Shown: positions 1-11,671, counted from the stretch's first letter. The stretch: 64,000 nucleotides of DNA from Pseudomonadota bacterium (GCA_022560735.1 JADFSO010000008.1:10691-74690); one strand, 5' to 3'. Program-made: numbers and translations. The notes: generated by a model not told the origin, from the sequence alone.

Positions 1-1115
1 CAACGCGCTGCGGCATGCCGTTTGTCAATCATCGCTGGCTGGGCGGCATGCTGACCAATTTCAAGACCATCACCGCGTCGATCGGCCGGCTCGAAGAGCT
101 GGAGGCGATGGAAGAAAGCGGCGCGTTCGAAGCGCTGGTCAAGAAGGAGGTCATCGGCCTGCGGCGCGAGATGGACAAGCTGTTCCGCAGCCTGGGTGGC
201 ATCAAAAACATGAAGGGCCTGCCCGACGCATTGTTCATCGTCGATGTCGGCCACGAGAATATTGCAATCCGCGAAGCGGTCAAACTGGGTATACCGGTAA
301 TCGCCGTCGTGGATACCAACTGCTCGCCGGATGGCGTCGATTACATTATTCCCGGCAACGACGATGCGATGCGCGCGATCCAGCTGTACGCGCACGGCGT
401 ATCGGAAGCGGTTCTCGATGGCAAGGCCTCGCTGCCTGAAATCAACCTCGGCGATGACGAATTCGTCGAGCTCGATGACGAAGGCAAGCCCCGCAAGGAG
501 AGTACGGCCAAGAAACCGGCGCGCAAGAAAGCAGACAGGAAGGTCGTTGTGACGACGCTTCGAAAGGCCAGGGCAGACGAGCCGGCCGAGGCAAAGCCTG
601 TTGCGGATGACTCGGCAGTGGAGGCGCAGGCCAAGCCAGAACCGGCGCAGGCCGGCGCCGATGTCGAACAGGCAGCGGCAGGCGAAGAGCCCGCTGAAAA
701 ACTGGCCGTCGAAAAGCTGGAGCAAAAGCCGGCCGAGGCAAAGCCCGAAGAAACGGTGGCCGGTCAACAGCCAGTCGAGGCAAAGCCTGAAGAAACATTG
801 ACCGACAAAAAGCCGGCCGAGGCAAAGCCCGAAGAAAAGGCGACCGACCAACAGCCAGTCGAGGCAAAGCCCGAAGAAACGGTGACCGACAAAAAGCCGG
901 CCGAGGCAAAGCCTGAAGAAAAGCCGGTCGTCGCAAAGGCAGGGGACAAACAGCCCGCGGCGAAAAAAGCGGCGACCCGGAAAGTCGCAACGAAAAAGGT
1001 CGTGAGCAAGAAAGCCGCGGCCGGGAAAGCGCCAGCCAAAAAAGCGGCAGGGGAAAAAACCACAGCCAGGAAAGCCACGACGGAAAAAGCCGCTGCCGAC
1101 AAGAAGGACGCCTGA
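1..1115 (+). CDS. rpsB: 30S ribosomal protein S2, 5'-truncated by the window edge, with a long C-terminal extension
   Basis: S2 motifs [48 protein letters not shown]. The frame is open from position 3 and tsf follows. Confidence 0.97.
   Translation, partial: TRCGMPFVNHRWLGGMLTNFKTITASIGRLEELEAMEESGAFEALVKKEVIGLRREMDKLFRSLGGIKNMKGLPDALFIVDVGHENIAIREAVKLGIPVIAVVDTNCSPDGVDYIIPGNDDAMRAIQLYAHGVSEAVLDGKASLPEINLGDDEFVELDDEGKPRKESTAKKPARKKADRKVVVTTLRKARADEPAEAKPVADDSAVEAQAKPEPAQAGADVEQAAAGEEPAEKLAVEKLEQKPAEAKPEETVAGQQPVEAKPEETLTDKKPAEAKPEEKATDQQPVEAKPEETVTDKKPAEAKPEEKPVVAKAGDKQPAAKKAATRKVATKKVVSKKAAAGKAPAKKAAGEKTTARKATTEKAAADKKDA
726..923 (+). repeat. In-frame 42-bp (14-aa) tandem repeat, about 4.7 copies, in the S2 extension
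   Basis: GAGGCAAAGCC recurs at 735, 777, 819, 861 and 903. Units alternate KPAEAKPEE / [10 protein letters not shown] partial extra copy lies at about 588. Confidence 0.95.
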
Positions 1116-1167
1116 GAATCCTGCAACAGGCCGCTGTATATCGGCGCGGCAAGAAACGATCGCAAAG

Positions 1168-1202
1168 GCGGGCTGGCAGGTTGTGCAGCCCGTGCTTTTT
1201 TT
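1168..1202 (+). terminator. Intrinsic terminator-like hairpin between rpsB and tsf
   Basis: CGGGCTG (1169-1175) pairs with CAGCCCG (1186-1192), followed by a T7 run at 1196-1202. Confidence 0.7.
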
Positions 1203-1220
1203 ATCTGGAGGAACGGATCA

Positions 1221-2096
1221 ATGGGTATTACGGCTGCACAGGTCAAGGAATTACGCGAGCGCACGGGCGCTGGCATGATGGAGTGCAAGAAAGCGCTGGT
1301 CGAAAGCGGCGGTGATATGGAAGCCGCGATCGAAGCCATGCGCAAGAGCGGTTTGGCAAAGGCCGACAAGAAGGCGGGCCGGGTGGCCGCCGAGGGCGCC
1401 GTTGTCGTGCGCCAGTCCGCCGACAATCAGTTCGCGGCGATCATCGAAATCAATTGCGAGACCGATTTTGTGTCGGGTGGCGATGACTTTCGCGGCTTTA
1501 TCGATGCGGTCGCCGATGCCGTGCTGGCCGGCAAGCCGGACAGCATGGATGCGCTCAACGCGCTGTCCCTCGGCAGCCAAAGCATCGAGGAGGCGCGCCG
1601 CAGCCTGATCGCCAGGATCGGTGAGAATGTCCAGGTCAGGCGGTTCGAGCTGATCGAAAGCGCTGGCGTGCTGGCATCGTATCTGCATGGCATCCGGATC
1701 GGCGTGGTCGTCAGCGCCGAGGGCGGGGATGCGGGTCTCGCCCGGGATATCGCGATGCATGTTGCGGCGATCAGCCCGCAATGCGTGTCGGAAGCCGAAG
1801 TACCGGCAGAGACCCTGGCCAGGGAAAGAGAAATCCTGGTCGCACAGGCTCGCACCGAGGGCAAGCCCGAGGAGATCGTGGAAAAAATGGTCGCTGGGCG
1901 GATGCGCAAATTCCTGGCGGAGATTACCTTGACCGGGCAGCCCTTCGTCAAGGATCCTGAGCTGACCGTCGGCAAGCTTCTCGAGCAGAACCAGGCCGCG
2001 GTTAAACGTTTCGTGCGTTTCGAGGTGGGCGAGGGTATCGACAAGGTCGAGGAGAATTTTGCCGACGAGGTCATGGCCCAGGTGAAGGGCGGGTAG
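1221..2096 (+). CDS. tsf: Translation elongation factor Ts
   Basis: [42 protein letters not shown]; GGAGG RBS upstream. Confidence 0.98.
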   Translation: MGITAAQVKELRERTGAGMMECKKALVESGGDMEAAIEAMRKSGLAKADKKAGRVAAEGAVVVRQSADNQFAAIIEINCETDFVSGGDDFRGFIDAVADAVLAGKPDSMDALNALSLGSQSIEEARRSLIARIGENVQVRRFELIESAGVLASYLHGIRIGVVVSAEGGDAGLARDIAMHVAAISPQCVSEAEVPAETLAREREILVAQARTEGKPEEIVEKMVAGRMRKFLAEITLTGQPFVKDPELTVGKLLEQNQAAVKRFVRFEVGEGIDKVEENFADEVMAQVKGG

Positions 2097-2127
2097 TCCG
2101 CAAGCCGCAAAATCAGTTAATATCGGC

Positions 2128-2155
2128 AACCCCGTGAGAGCGGGGTTCTTTATAT
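2128..2155 (+). terminator. Intrinsic terminator-like hairpin after tsf
   Basis: Perfect 7-bp stem AACCCCG/CGGGGTT followed by CTTTATAT. Confidence 0.6.
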
Positions 2156-2184
2156 CCGCGGAACCTGGAAGAACAAGAGGCTTT

Positions 2185-2940
2185 ATGGGCGATTCAGAAC
2201 CTGTGCAAAGGCGAATTCTGCTAAAACTCAGCGGCGAGGCGCTGATGGGGGAACTGGATTACGGCGTGGATCCGGAGGTGATTCGCCGCATTGCAGCAGA
2301 GATCGCCGAAGTCAGGAATATGAATGTACAGATCGGCGTGGTGCTCGGGGGCGGCAATATTTTTCGGGGGGCCGGTCTCGCCAGGTCCGGGATGGACCGG
2401 GTCACCGGCGACCAGATGGGCATGCTGGCGACCGTGATCAACAGCCTGGCCTTGCAGGACGCCCTGGAAGGAGAGGGTGTACACGCGCGGGTCATGTCGG
2501 CCCTGCAAATCAATGCGGTTTGCGAAGACTATATTCGGCGCAGGGCGATCCGGCACCTGGAAAAAGGCCGGGTTGCGATTTTCGCCGCCGGCACCGGGAA
2601 CCCGTTTTTTACGACCGATACCGCGGCCAGTTTGCGCGCGATCGAAATTGGCGCGGACATACTCCTCAAGGCGACCAAGGTGGACGGTGTTTATTCCGCC
2701 GACCCGCTCAAGGATGCTTCCGCGCGGCGCTATACGCAGATCAGTTACGACGAGGTGCTGCACGGCAAGCTGGAGGTCATGGATGCGACGGCGATCGTCA
2801 TGTGTCGCGACAACAATATCCCGCTGCGCGTGTTTAACCTGACGAAAGCGGGCAGCTTGCTGCGCATCATGCGGGGGGAGGCGCTGGGAACCTTGGTAGA
2901 TAATGGCCTGGAGCGAATACAGGAGGCAGCCTGTGATTAA
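2185..2940 (+). CDS. pyrH: Uridylate kinase
   Basis: [45 protein letters not shown]. Start set at ATG 2185 (AGAGG upstream). Confidence 0.97.
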   Translation: MGDSEPVQRRILLKLSGEALMGELDYGVDPEVIRRIAAEIAEVRNMNVQIGVVLGGGNIFRGAGLARSGMDRVTGDQMGMLATVINSLALQDALEGEGVHARVMSALQINAVCEDYIRRRAIRHLEKGRVAIFAAGTGNPFFTTDTAASLRAIEIGADILLKATKVDGVYSADPLKDASARRYTQISYDEVLHGKLEVMDATAIVMCRDNNIPLRVFNLTKAGSLLRIMRGEALGTLVDNGLERIQEAACD

Positions 2941-3490
2941 CGATATCGAAAAAAGCGCAGGGACACGGATGGGCAAGAGCGTCGACGCGTTTGTCCAGGA
3001 ACTGAAAAAGCTCAGGACCGGACGCGCGCACACGAGCCTGCTGGAACACATTACCGTCGACTATTACGGAGCGCAGGTGCCGCTCAACCAGGTTGCCAGC
3101 ATCACGGTCGAGGATGCGCGCACGCTGGCCGTAAACCCATGGGAGAAACCCATGATCCAGGTCGTCGAAAAAGCCATCATGACCGCGGACCTGGGTTTGA
3201 ACCCGACCACCGCGGGCACCGTGATTCGAGTCCCGCTACCGCCGCTGACCGAAGAAAGACGCAAGGACATGACCCGGGTGGTGCGGCACGAGGCGGAGAA
3301 CGCGCGGGTCGCGGTACGCAATATTCGCCGCGACGCCCTGCATGACGTCAAGGAGCTGCTCAAGGAAAAAACGATCACCGAAGACGACGATCATCGCGCG
3401 CACGACGAGGTGCAGAAGCTGACCGACGATCATGTTGCCAGGATCGACAAGATCCTCGCGGAAAAAGAAGCAGAGTTGCTGGAGGTATAA
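2933..3490 (+). CDS. frr: Ribosome recycling factor
   Basis: [31 protein letters not shown] start after AGGAGG gives 185 aa. Confidence 0.97.
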   Translation: MINDIEKSAGTRMGKSVDAFVQELKKLRTGRAHTSLLEHITVDYYGAQVPLNQVASITVEDARTLAVNPWEKPMIQVVEKAIMTADLGLNPTTAGTVIRVPLPPLTEERRKDMTRVVRHEAENARVAVRNIRRDALHDVKELLKEKTITEDDDHRAHDEVQKLTDDHVARIDKILAEKEAELLEV

Positions 3491-3528
3491 GGACTTCGGC
3501 GCAAGGGTTCGGTATTTGTGCCGGAGCT

Positions 3529-4317
3529 GTGAACCGTATCCGACTAGTCACGATGGCGGACCAGGCAGACAAGACCAGCCAGCAGCAGGACACCATGGCT
3601 GCCCGGCATATTGCGATCGTCATGGATGGCAATGGCCGCTGGGCGAAGCAACGCATGTTGCCCCGGCACGCGGGTCACCGGGCCGGTGTCAAGGCAGTGC
3701 GGCGCACCGTCGAGGCCTGCGTTGAACTGGGAATCCGTACCCTGACACTGTTCGCGTTTAGCAGCGAAAACTGGGGCAGACCCACGGAAGAAGTACAAAA
3801 ACTGATGACCTTGTTTGTCGAGGCCCTGAACAAACAGGTACCGGAGTTGAATGAGCAGGGGGTCAGGCTCACGATCATCGGCGACCGCGAGCAGTTGCCC
3901 GCCGACCTGGTCCGGCAGATAGAGGCATCGGAAGCGATGACCGCAGGCAACGAGCGCTTGCACCTGGTCATCGCGGTCGCCTACGGGGGTCGCTGGGATA
4001 TCGTCAACGCATGCAAAGGCCTGGCACGACAGGTTGCCGATGGCGAGCTGGCGGTCGAGGAGATAGACGAAAATCGCCTGGCGGCCCGGATACAGCTTGC
4101 CGGCCCTGGCGATCCGGATCTGTTTATTCGAACCGGCGGCGATTCCCGAATCAGCAATTTCCTGCTGTGGAACCTGGCTTATACGGAGCTGCATTTCAGC
4201 GACACGCTGTGGCCTGATTTTGAGCAGCAGGAACTGGCGGCCGTGGTTGGCGGTTTTCAAGGGCGGGAACGGCGGTTTGGCAAAACATCGGCGCAGGTGA
4301 CCGGCGATCATGCTTAG
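3529..4317 (+). CDS. uppS: Undecaprenyl diphosphate synthase
   Basis: HIAIVMDGNGRWA, FAFSSENWGRP, DLFIRTGGDSRISNFLLW. Start may instead be ATG 3553. Confidence 0.96.
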   Translation: MNRIRLVTMADQADKTSQQQDTMAARHIAIVMDGNGRWAKQRMLPRHAGHRAGVKAVRRTVEACVELGIRTLTLFAFSSENWGRPTEEVQKLMTLFVEALNKQVPELNEQGVRLTIIGDREQLPADLVRQIEASEAMTAGNERLHLVIAVAYGGRWDIVNACKGLARQVADGELAVEEIDENRLAARIQLAGPGDPDLFIRTGGDSRISNFLLWNLAYTELHFSDTLWPDFEQQELAAVVGGFQGRERRFGKTSAQVTGDHA

Positions 4318-5107
4318 GCAAAGAATCATTACAGCCGTGGCCTTGCTGGCGGTACTCGCCGGCGTGGTGTTGTTCCTGCCGCCGCCGGGCGCATTGATTA
4401 CGCTGACCCTGGCGATCAGCCTGGGCATCTGGGAGTGGAGCCAGTTTCTTGGCCTGAAATCCTTGCTCTGGCGGTTGCTGTACGTCGTCGTCGTGCTGGC
4501 GTCGATGCTTGCCGTGTGGCTATACAGCTTTCAACCCGGGGCATTGCAACTGGTGTTGCAGATTACGCTGGCCTGGTGGCTGGTGGTTTTTGTCTGGGTC
4601 ACGCGCTTTCCCACCGCGATCCCGATGGCGGTTGGCTTTTTATCGGGATTCCTGGTGCTGGTGCCAGCCTGGCTCGCGCTGAGCCGTCTGCTGGGCGCGG
4701 AAAATGGCGTGGCCTGGGTGGTTTTTGTGCTGCTCGTGGTCTGGGCAACCGACATCGGCGCGTTTGCCGTGGGTAAACTGTTTGGCAGGATCAAGCTGAT
4801 TCCCAGGGTCAGCCCGGGGAAAACCTGGGAAGGCGCGATCGGCGGCATTGCGCTTGCCACAATCGTTGCCTTTGCCGGCGCCCTGTATTTTAAGCAAGAC
4901 CCGCTGAGCTTTGTTTCGCTGTGTGTCGCCGTGTCGGTGATTTCTGTCATCGGGGATCTGATTGTCAGTATTTTCAAAAGGCATAATGGATTGAAAGACA
5001 GTGGGCAAATTTTCCCGGGTCATGGCGGCATGCTCGATCGTATCGACAGTATTTGCTCGGCGGCCCCGGTGTTTGTGCTCGGGCTGAGCTGGCAGGGACT
5101 GGTCTGA
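4310..5107 (+). CDS. cdsA: Phosphatidate cytidylyltransferase
   Basis: Hydrophobic protein with SPGKTWEG and [19 protein letters not shown] signatures. Confidence 0.96.
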   Translation: MLRQRIITAVALLAVLAGVVLFLPPPGALITLTLAISLGIWEWSQFLGLKSLLWRLLYVVVVLASMLAVWLYSFQPGALQLVLQITLAWWLVVFVWVTRFPTAIPMAVGFLSGFLVLVPAWLALSRLLGAENGVAWVVFVLLVVWATDIGAFAVGKLFGRIKLIPRVSPGKTWEGAIGGIALATIVAFAGALYFKQDPLSFVSLCVAVSVISVIGDLIVSIFKRHNGLKDSGQIFPGHGGMLDRIDSICSAAPVFVLGLSWQGLV

Positions 5108-6291
5108 TGAAAGGCGTCAGTATCCTGGGGTCGACCGGGAGCGTCGGTTGCAGCACGCTGGACGTGATCGCACGCAACCCCGATGCATTTCGCGTGGTTG
5201 CGCTGACCGCCAGGAGCAATCACCGGCGCTTGTTGCAACAGTGCATGGTTTTCGAGCCGGACCTCGCGGTTTTGACCGATAACGGGGCCGCCGATGTGTT
5301 GCGCGAAGGGCTGCAACAGGCTGGCCTCAAAACCAGACTGCTCGCCGGCGCCGGCGCACTGGTCGAGGCGGCCGGGCTTGCGCAGGCCGATTTTGTCATG
5401 GCAGCGATCGTCGGCGCCGCTGGCTTGCTGCCGACGCTGGCCGCGGCACAGGCGGGCAAAAGAGTCTTGCTGGCCAACAAGGAATCGCTGGTGCTTGCCG
5501 GGCATTTGTTGATCGAGGCCGTAGCAAACAACGGCGCAACCTTGATCCCGATCGACAGCGAGCACAACGCAATTTTCCAGTGTCTGCCCGATCCCGGCGG
5601 CCGGCGGTCGAAACTCGGCGTGCGCAAATTATGGTTGACAGCATCGGGTGGTCCGTTTTTGAATACCCCGGTTGGCGAACTCGAAACGGTGACGCCGGAA
5701 CAGGCTTGCGCACATCCGAACTGGGACATGGGGGATAAAATTTCGGTCGATTCGGCCACGATGATGAACAAGGGTCTTGAGCTGATCGAAGCCGGCCATT
5801 TGTTCGCCATGTCGCCGGATGATATTGAAATCCTGATCCACCCACAGAGCATCGTGCATTCGCTGGTCGAATATCGCGATGGTTCGGTGTTGGCGCAACT
5901 GGGCAACCCGGATATGCGTACCCCCATTGCCCACGCTCTTGCGTGGCCGGAGCGTATGGAATCCGGGGTGAAATCGCTGGACCTGGTGGCCATCGCAAAG
6001 CTTGAGTTTCAGGCGCCCGACACGGATCGTTTTCCGTGCCTGGCGCTGGCGAGGGCGGCTGCGGAACGCGGTGGTACGGCGCCGGCGGCGCTCAATGCCG
6101 CGAATGAGATCGCGGTAGAGGCATTCCTCGACCGGCGCCTGCCATTCATGGAAATTGCTGCAGTTATTGCCAATACGATGGAATGCCACGGTGTCGAGGC
6201 GGTCGAATCCCTGGAGACGGTCATAAACGCGGATCGATGGGCGCGCGAAAAAGCGGGCCAGACAGTTAAAGAGATGGGTATAACGGTATGA
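5107..6291 (+). CDS. dxr: 1-deoxy-D-xylulose-5-phosphate reductoisomerase
   Basis: [51 protein letters not shown]. Confidence 0.97.
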   Translation: MKGVSILGSTGSVGCSTLDVIARNPDAFRVVALTARSNHRRLLQQCMVFEPDLAVLTDNGAADVLREGLQQAGLKTRLLAGAGALVEAAGLAQADFVMAAIVGAAGLLPTLAAAQAGKRVLLANKESLVLAGHLLIEAVANNGATLIPIDSEHNAIFQCLPDPGGRRSKLGVRKLWLTASGGPFLNTPVGELETVTPEQACAHPNWDMGDKISVDSATMMNKGLELIEAGHLFAMSPDDIEILIHPQSIVHSLVEYRDGSVLAQLGNPDMRTPIAHALAWPERMESGVKSLDLVAIAKLEFQAPDTDRFPCLALARAAAERGGTAPAALNAANEIAVEAFLDRRLPFMEIAAVIANTMECHGVEAVESLETVINADRWAREKAGQTVKEMGITV

Positions 6292-7655
6292 CCCAGTTTG
6301 TATTCACTATTGCGTCTTTTGTCGTGGCGATCTCGGTGCTGGTCGCGGTGCACGAGTTTGGCCATTTCTGGGTGGCCAGAAAACTGGGTTTCAAGGTACT
6401 CAAATTCTCGATCGGCTTTGGCCGGCCCCTGTGGGTATACAAAGGTCGCGATGACATGGAGTTCATGATCTCGATCATTCCGCTGGGCGGCTATGTAAAG
6501 ATGCTCGACGAGAGGGAAGGCCCGGTCGCACCGGAAGAACTGCATCGCGCGTATAACCGGAAGCCGGTCGCCAGCAGGCTGGCGGTGTTGTCCGCGGGGC
6601 CCGCGTTCAATTTTCTTTTTGCCGTGGTCGCATACTGGCTGCTTTTCGTGATCGGCATCGACGGTCTCAAACCGGTGATCGGGGATGTCGCTGCGGACTC
6701 GCCTGCGGCGGCAGCGGGCATGGAAAGAGGCGATCTGATTACGGCGATCGGCGACCAGCAGATCAAATCATGGGGACAGGTTCCGCTCAGCCTGATCGAG
6801 GTGTTGCTGGATTCAGGTGACATAGCGATGAGCGTGATCGGTGCGGATGGCTACCCGCGTAGCCTGAGCATCGATGTGCGCGGGCGCGAGAACGAACTGA
6901 GCGATCCAGCCTTGCTGTTCAGTGGTCTTGGATTCAATCGCTGGTTCCCGCTGATCGCGCCGCTGCTCGACGAAATCACGCCCGGGGGGGCGGCGGAGCA
7001 GGCGGGGCTGAAACCCGGTGACCTGGTCGTCTCCGCCGATGACGTGCCAGTCGATGACTGGCGTAGCTGGGTGGAGTTTGTCCGCGCGCGTCCGGGCGAG
7101 GAAATCAGCATGCAAATCGAGCGCGATGGCCAGCGCCTGGCGCTGCCGATGACCATCGCCCGCGTGGAAACCGAGGACGGCGTTATCGGGCGCATCGGCG
7201 CTTCGGTACGGGTACCCCCGGGAGACCTGTACGCGGATATGCGCATGGTCGAGCGTTACCCGTTTTTCAGCGCGCTGGGCCACGGCCTGGCGAGAACCTG
7301 GGACACTTCGGTGCTTACGATTCGTTTGCTCGGGCGCATGATCAGCGGCCAGATTTCCGCGAAAAATATTTCCGGTCCGATCAGCATCGCCGCCTACGCC
7401 GGCGCCGCGGCCAGTCTTGGCCTGGAAGAATTTCTCGGTTTGCTGGCGATCCTCAGTATCAGTCTCGGCATTGTCAACCTGTTGCCGATCCCGCTGCTCG
7501 ATGGCGGGCAGATGGTTTATGTTGTGGCGGAAGGCATCCGGGGCAGACCCCTGTCGGAAAAAGTCCAGTTGCTGGGACAGCAACTGGGTATTGCAATGCT
7601 GATCATGATCATGGGGCTTGCTTTTTATAACGATTTCAACCGGCTGTTTGGCTGA
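6288..7655 (+). CDS. rseP: RIP metalloprotease RseP (two PDZ domains)
   Basis: HEFGH zinc motif, [20 protein letters not shown]. Confidence 0.96.
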   Translation: MTQFVFTIASFVVAISVLVAVHEFGHFWVARKLGFKVLKFSIGFGRPLWVYKGRDDMEFMISIIPLGGYVKMLDEREGPVAPEELHRAYNRKPVASRLAVLSAGPAFNFLFAVVAYWLLFVIGIDGLKPVIGDVAADSPAAAAGMERGDLITAIGDQQIKSWGQVPLSLIEVLLDSGDIAMSVIGADGYPRSLSIDVRGRENELSDPALLFSGLGFNRWFPLIAPLLDEITPGGAAEQAGLKPGDLVVSADDVPVDDWRSWVEFVRARPGEEISMQIERDGQRLALPMTIARVETEDGVIGRIGASVRVPPGDLYADMRMVERYPFFSALGHGLARTWDTSVLTIRLLGRMISGQISAKNISGPISIAAYAGAAASLGLEEFLGLLAILSISLGIVNLLPIPLLDGGQMVYVVAEGIRGRPLSEKVQLLGQQLGIAMLIMIMGLAFYNDFNRLFG

Positions 7656-7669
7656 GGGCTGCCGTTCGC

Positions 7670-10051
7670 ATGACTGGAAGAATCGGGATATTTCTGGCGC
7701 TGGCCATTCTTGTGCTCGGACAGGCTGCCGCCCAGGAGGAAGGTTTCCTGGTGCGTGACATGCGGATCGATGGCAACCAGCGGATAACCGATGGCACCAT
7801 ATTTAATTACCTGCCGGTCAAAATCGGTGACGTCATCGATCGGCAACGGGTACAGGAAGCCATCCGTGCCTTGTACGAAACCAAGTTTTTTGATGATGTA
7901 GAGCTCAGGACCGTTGACGGCATGTTGCTGATCGTGGTCGTCGAAAGGCCATCCATCGAAAGTTTCACTATCTCCGGCAACAAGAGCATCAAGACCGAGG
8001 ACATGGAGGCCGAATTAAGCCGTATAGGACTGGCCGAGGGCAAGACCTTCGACCGGTCGGTCCTCGAAGGCGTGACCAATGCGATTACCGAGCAGTATTT
8101 CAGCCAGGGCAAATACAGCGCGACGGTGACCACAACGGTCTCCACTGTCGGCAAGAACCGGGTGCAAATCGATATCGTCGTCGTCGAGGGCGAACGGGCG
8201 ACGATTCGCCAGATCAATATCGTCGGCAACCATATATATTCCGATAAGGAGCTGCGCAAGGAGATGTCTTTGCGGCAACCTCACCTGACCTGCTTCCTGA
8301 AGGGCGATTGCCGGTACTCGAAGGAATCCCTGCTTGGGGACCTGGAGGCGCTGAGTTCGTTTTACCTGGATCGCGGTCATCTCAATTTCCAGGTCCGCTC
8401 GACGCAGGTTGCGATTTCGCCTGACCGCAAGGATATCTTCCTGACCATCAACATCGATGAAGGAGACCTGTACAAGGTGTCCGGTGTGAAGCTGTCCGGC
8501 AAGACCATCCTGGCGCCCGAGGTTCTGCGGCAGCTGATCGTTTTGCAGGAAGGAGACACGTACTCACAAAGACGGATTAACCAAAGCACGGAAATGATGG
8601 CCTACGCCCTCGGCGAGCGCGGCTATTCGCTGGCCGACATCGAACCTATTCCCGATGTCAACATCGAAGAAAAAACGGTCAGCCTGACTTTCTATGTGAA
8701 GCCCGGCAACAGGGTTTATGTCAGGAGAATCAAGTTCGCCGGCACCCACGCAACCGACGACTACGTGTTTCGTCGTGAGATGAGACAAATGGAGCAGGCG
8801 TGGTTGTCAAACTCGGGCATAGAGCGGTCCAGGCAGCGAATCCAGAGGTTGCCTTTCGTCGCGAGCGTCGAAATGGAAACCATCCCCGTACCGGGGGTCG
8901 CCGACATGGTGGATATCGAATACACCATCAAGGAAGGCTTGCCCGGATCGTTCGGCGGCGGGGTCGGATTTTCGGATGCCCAGGGGCTGATCCTGAACGG
9001 AAATTTTGTGCATACGAATTTTATGGGGACCGGTAACCGGATTTCCATGGATTTGTCATCCGGCAGGTTCAGCAAGATTTACAGTCTTTCCCATACCAAT
9101 CCGTATGCGACCCCGGACGGAATTCGCAGAACCGTTTCCGTCGGACTGCGCGATTTCAATCAGTTTACCTCCGGCGCTTCCGCTTTCAATACCCAGACGA
9201 CCAGCGCCTCGATCGATTATGGAATTCCGATCAGCGAGTTTCAGGAATTCAGATTGGGCTTTTCGGCCAGCGATTCGGAATTGTCATCGAACAGCTTCCA
9301 GACCCGGCAGTCCCAGGAATGGGTGCAAAACAACGGCAATTCATTGGTCGAAACCATCAATGGCATTACTTTCTCCAAAACGGCTTTCAAGACATTTGAG
9401 CTGTTGCTTGGCTGGTCCTATGACTCGCGCAATCGCTTTTTGTTTGCCGACCGTGGGTCACGCATCCGGGTGTCTGGCAGTTATGCCACGCCGATAAGCG
9501 ATGTAGAGTATTGGTTCCTGAATGTCGATTACCAGAAATTTATTCCGATCTCAGGCGAGTGGGTGTTCAGTATCAAATCGGAAATCGGACTCGGCGAGGC
9601 GCTTGGCGATACGACGTCTATTCCTCCATTTCGGAATTTCTTCTCCGGCGGTCCAAACACGGTTCGTGGCTACAAGGAAAACAGGCTCGGACCAAAAGAC
9701 TCTTTTGGCAATCCCTATGGAGGTAACTTGAAAGTGGCTTCCCAGTTCGAATTGCTGGTACCGGTGCCGGAGGCCATGAAGGGATCTGCAAGGATGAGTG
9801 TTTTCTATGATGTCGGTAATGTATTCTCTACCGGTGACGTGAGTTTTTTCGACAAGCTTGGCGACCCGATCTCCTATCAATGGGACGCCACCCGTTTGAA
9901 GCATTCATATGGGGTGGCGGTCGAGTGGCTGGCTCCGATTGGTCTTTTCAAGTTTAGTTATGCGTTCCCGCTGAACCCGGAAAAGGAGACGCTGCGTTTC
10001 TTTGGCGATAAGACCGAACGACTGCAATTTTCTATTGGTTCCGCTTTTTAG
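7670..10051 (+). CDS. bamA: Outer membrane protein assembly factor BamA
   Basis: Signal peptide, POTRA-like repeats, VRGY motif, C-terminal Phe (FSIGSAF); position between rseP and skp. Confidence 0.96.
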   Translation: MTGRIGIFLALAILVLGQAAAQEEGFLVRDMRIDGNQRITDGTIFNYLPVKIGDVIDRQRVQEAIRALYETKFFDDVELRTVDGMLLIVVVERPSIESFTISGNKSIKTEDMEAELSRIGLAEGKTFDRSVLEGVTNAITEQYFSQGKYSATVTTTVSTVGKNRVQIDIVVVEGERATIRQINIVGNHIYSDKELRKEMSLRQPHLTCFLKGDCRYSKESLLGDLEALSSFYLDRGHLNFQVRSTQVAISPDRKDIFLTINIDEGDLYKVSGVKLSGKTILAPEVLRQLIVLQEGDTYSQRRINQSTEMMAYALGERGYSLADIEPIPDVNIEEKTVSLTFYVKPGNRVYVRRIKFAGTHATDDYVFRREMRQMEQAWLSNSGIERSRQRIQRLPFVASVEMETIPVPGVADMVDIEYTIKEGLPGSFGGGVGFSDAQGLILNGNFVHTNFMGTGNRISMDLSSGRFSKIYSLSHTNPYATPDGIRRTVSVGLRDFNQFTSGASAFNTQTTSASIDYGIPISEFQEFRLGFSASDSELSSNSFQTRQSQEWVQNNGNSLVETINGITFSKTAFKTFELLLGWSYDSRNRFLFADRGSRIRVSGSYATPISDVEYWFLNVDYQKFIPISGEWVFSIKSEIGLGEALGDTTSIPPFRNFFSGGPNTVRGYKENRLGPKDSFGNPYGGNLKVASQFELLVPVPEAMKGSARMSVFYDVGNVFSTGDVSFFDKLGDPISYQWDATRLKHSYGVAVEWLAPIGLFKFSYAFPLNPEKETLRFFGDKTERLQFSIGSAF

Positions 10052-10060
10052 GGTGTATTA

Positions 10061-10600
10061 ATGAGAAAACAAATAATTTATCGATGGGGTGCGTCGCTGC
10101 TGGTATTGTTGCTGTTGTCGTTTGCAGTCACGGCGCAGGAAATAAAAATCGGCTTTGTCAATCTGCCAAGGCTGTTGCAGCAATCCCCGCAGGCCAATCA
10201 GATTCGCCAGCAGCTGCAGGATGAGTTTGCGCCGCGCGAGCGCCAGATTCTTGCCGAACAGAAGACCCTGCAGGGGCTGGCTGAGCGGCTGGAGCGGGAT
10301 GGCGCGCTGATGGGCGAGCAGGAGCGCAGGACCCTCGAGCGCGATCTGAGCCAGGGTGACCGCGATCTGAAAAGAAGGCGCGACGAGTTTCTGGAGGATT
10401 TCAATCTTCGGCAGAACGAAGAGCTGACCAACCTGCAGCGGACCCTGATCGAACATGTACAGGCGTACGCCGGCACAGGCAACTACGACCTGATCGTGGG
10501 CGAGCCGGGCATTTTGTATGTCAGCGATACGGTAGACATCACCGATGTCGTCCTGGCTGCGCTGGAAGCTGCCTTCCAGGCATCCAATACGGGACAATAA
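10061..10600 (+). CDS. skp: OmpH/Skp periplasmic chaperone
   Basis: Signal peptide, KIGFVNLPRLL, coiled-coil body, YDLIV...YVSDTVDITD. Confidence 0.92.
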   Translation: MRKQIIYRWGASLLVLLLLSFAVTAQEIKIGFVNLPRLLQQSPQANQIRQQLQDEFAPRERQILAEQKTLQGLAERLERDGALMGEQERRTLERDLSQGDRDLKRRRDEFLEDFNLRQNEELTNLQRTLIEHVQAYAGTGNYDLIVGEPGILYVSDTVDITDVVLAALEAAFQASNTGQ

Positions 10601-10615
10601 AGGACACAAGCGGGT

Positions 10616-11671
10616 ATGACCACGACGCTGGGGGAGCTCGCGGTCAGATACGGATGCACCGTCCAGGGTGACCCGGATGTGCCCATCAGCCGGGTTGGCA
10701 CCTTGCTCAACGCCGCGGGCGAGGCGATCAGTTTTCTGGCCAATCCGGCGTACCGCAAACAATTGGCTGACACCAGCGCCGCGGCCGTCATCCTGTCGCC
10801 CGAAGACGCTGCGCAATGCCCGGTGAGTTGCCTGATTACCGACAATCCTTATGCCTTGTATGCCCGCGTCGCGGCCGACCTGAATCCATCGAGCGAAGCG
10901 CCGCCGGGCATCGATGACAGCGCCGTGGTTGGCGCAGACACAGAAATAGCCGCGGGCGTGTGTATTTCAGCCCAGGTCTGCATTGGCGCCGATGTCAGGC
11001 TCGGCCAGGGTGTTTTTATCGGTCCGGGGTGCGTCGTCGGCGACCGCTGCGAGCTGGGTGCGGGCACCCGTCTGAATGCCAATGTCACGCTTTGCGCGGA
11101 CACAAGAATCGGCGCCCGGGGTTTGCTTCATGCGGGCGCGGTTCTCGGCGCCGATGGCTTTGGCATTGCAAGGGATGGCGATCGCTGGATCAAGGTGCCC
11201 CAGCTTGGCGGTGTGCGGCTTGGCGACGACGTCGAGGTGGGCGCCAACACCGCGATCGATCGCGGCGCGATCGAAGACACGGTGATCGGCGATGGCGTCA
11301 AGCTCGATAACCAGGTACAGGTTGGCCACAATGTCAGGATCGGAGAGCATACGGTGATCGCCGGTTGTGTAGCGATTGCGGGCAGCGCAACGATTGGCAA
11401 ACGATGCATGATCGGCGGCGCCGCGGCAATCGTCGGCCATATCGAATTGGGCGACGACGTGGTCGTTAACGCGTTTACCTTTGTCAGTCACTCGCTCATG
11501 CACGCCGGGGTTTATTCCGGCGCGATGCCGGTGGAACAGGCGAGCCGGTGGCGCCGGAATGCGGCGCATTTGCGTCACCTGGATAAATTGGCCAAAAAAG
11601 TGCAGCTTCTGGAAAAAAAGCTTGCTGAAATCGAAACCGCGGGCAGCGCGGGCGAAAAGGACAAGAGCTGA
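10616..11671 (+). CDS. lpxD: UDP-3-O-acylglucosamine N-acyltransferase
   Basis: Hexapeptide repeats, [25 protein letters not shown]. Confidence 0.96.
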   Translation: MTTTLGELAVRYGCTVQGDPDVPISRVGTLLNAAGEAISFLANPAYRKQLADTSAAAVILSPEDAAQCPVSCLITDNPYALYARVAADLNPSSEAPPGIDDSAVVGADTEIAAGVCISAQVCIGADVRLGQGVFIGPGCVVGDRCELGAGTRLNANVTLCADTRIGARGLLHAGAVLGADGFGIARDGDRWIKVPQLGGVRLGDDVEVGANTAIDRGAIEDTVIGDGVKLDNQVQVGHNVRIGEHTVIAGCVAIAGSATIGKRCMIGGAAAIVGHIELGDDVVVNAFTFVSHSLMHAGVYSGAMPVEQASRWRRNAAHLRHLDKLAKKVQLLEKKLAEIETAGSAGEKDKS

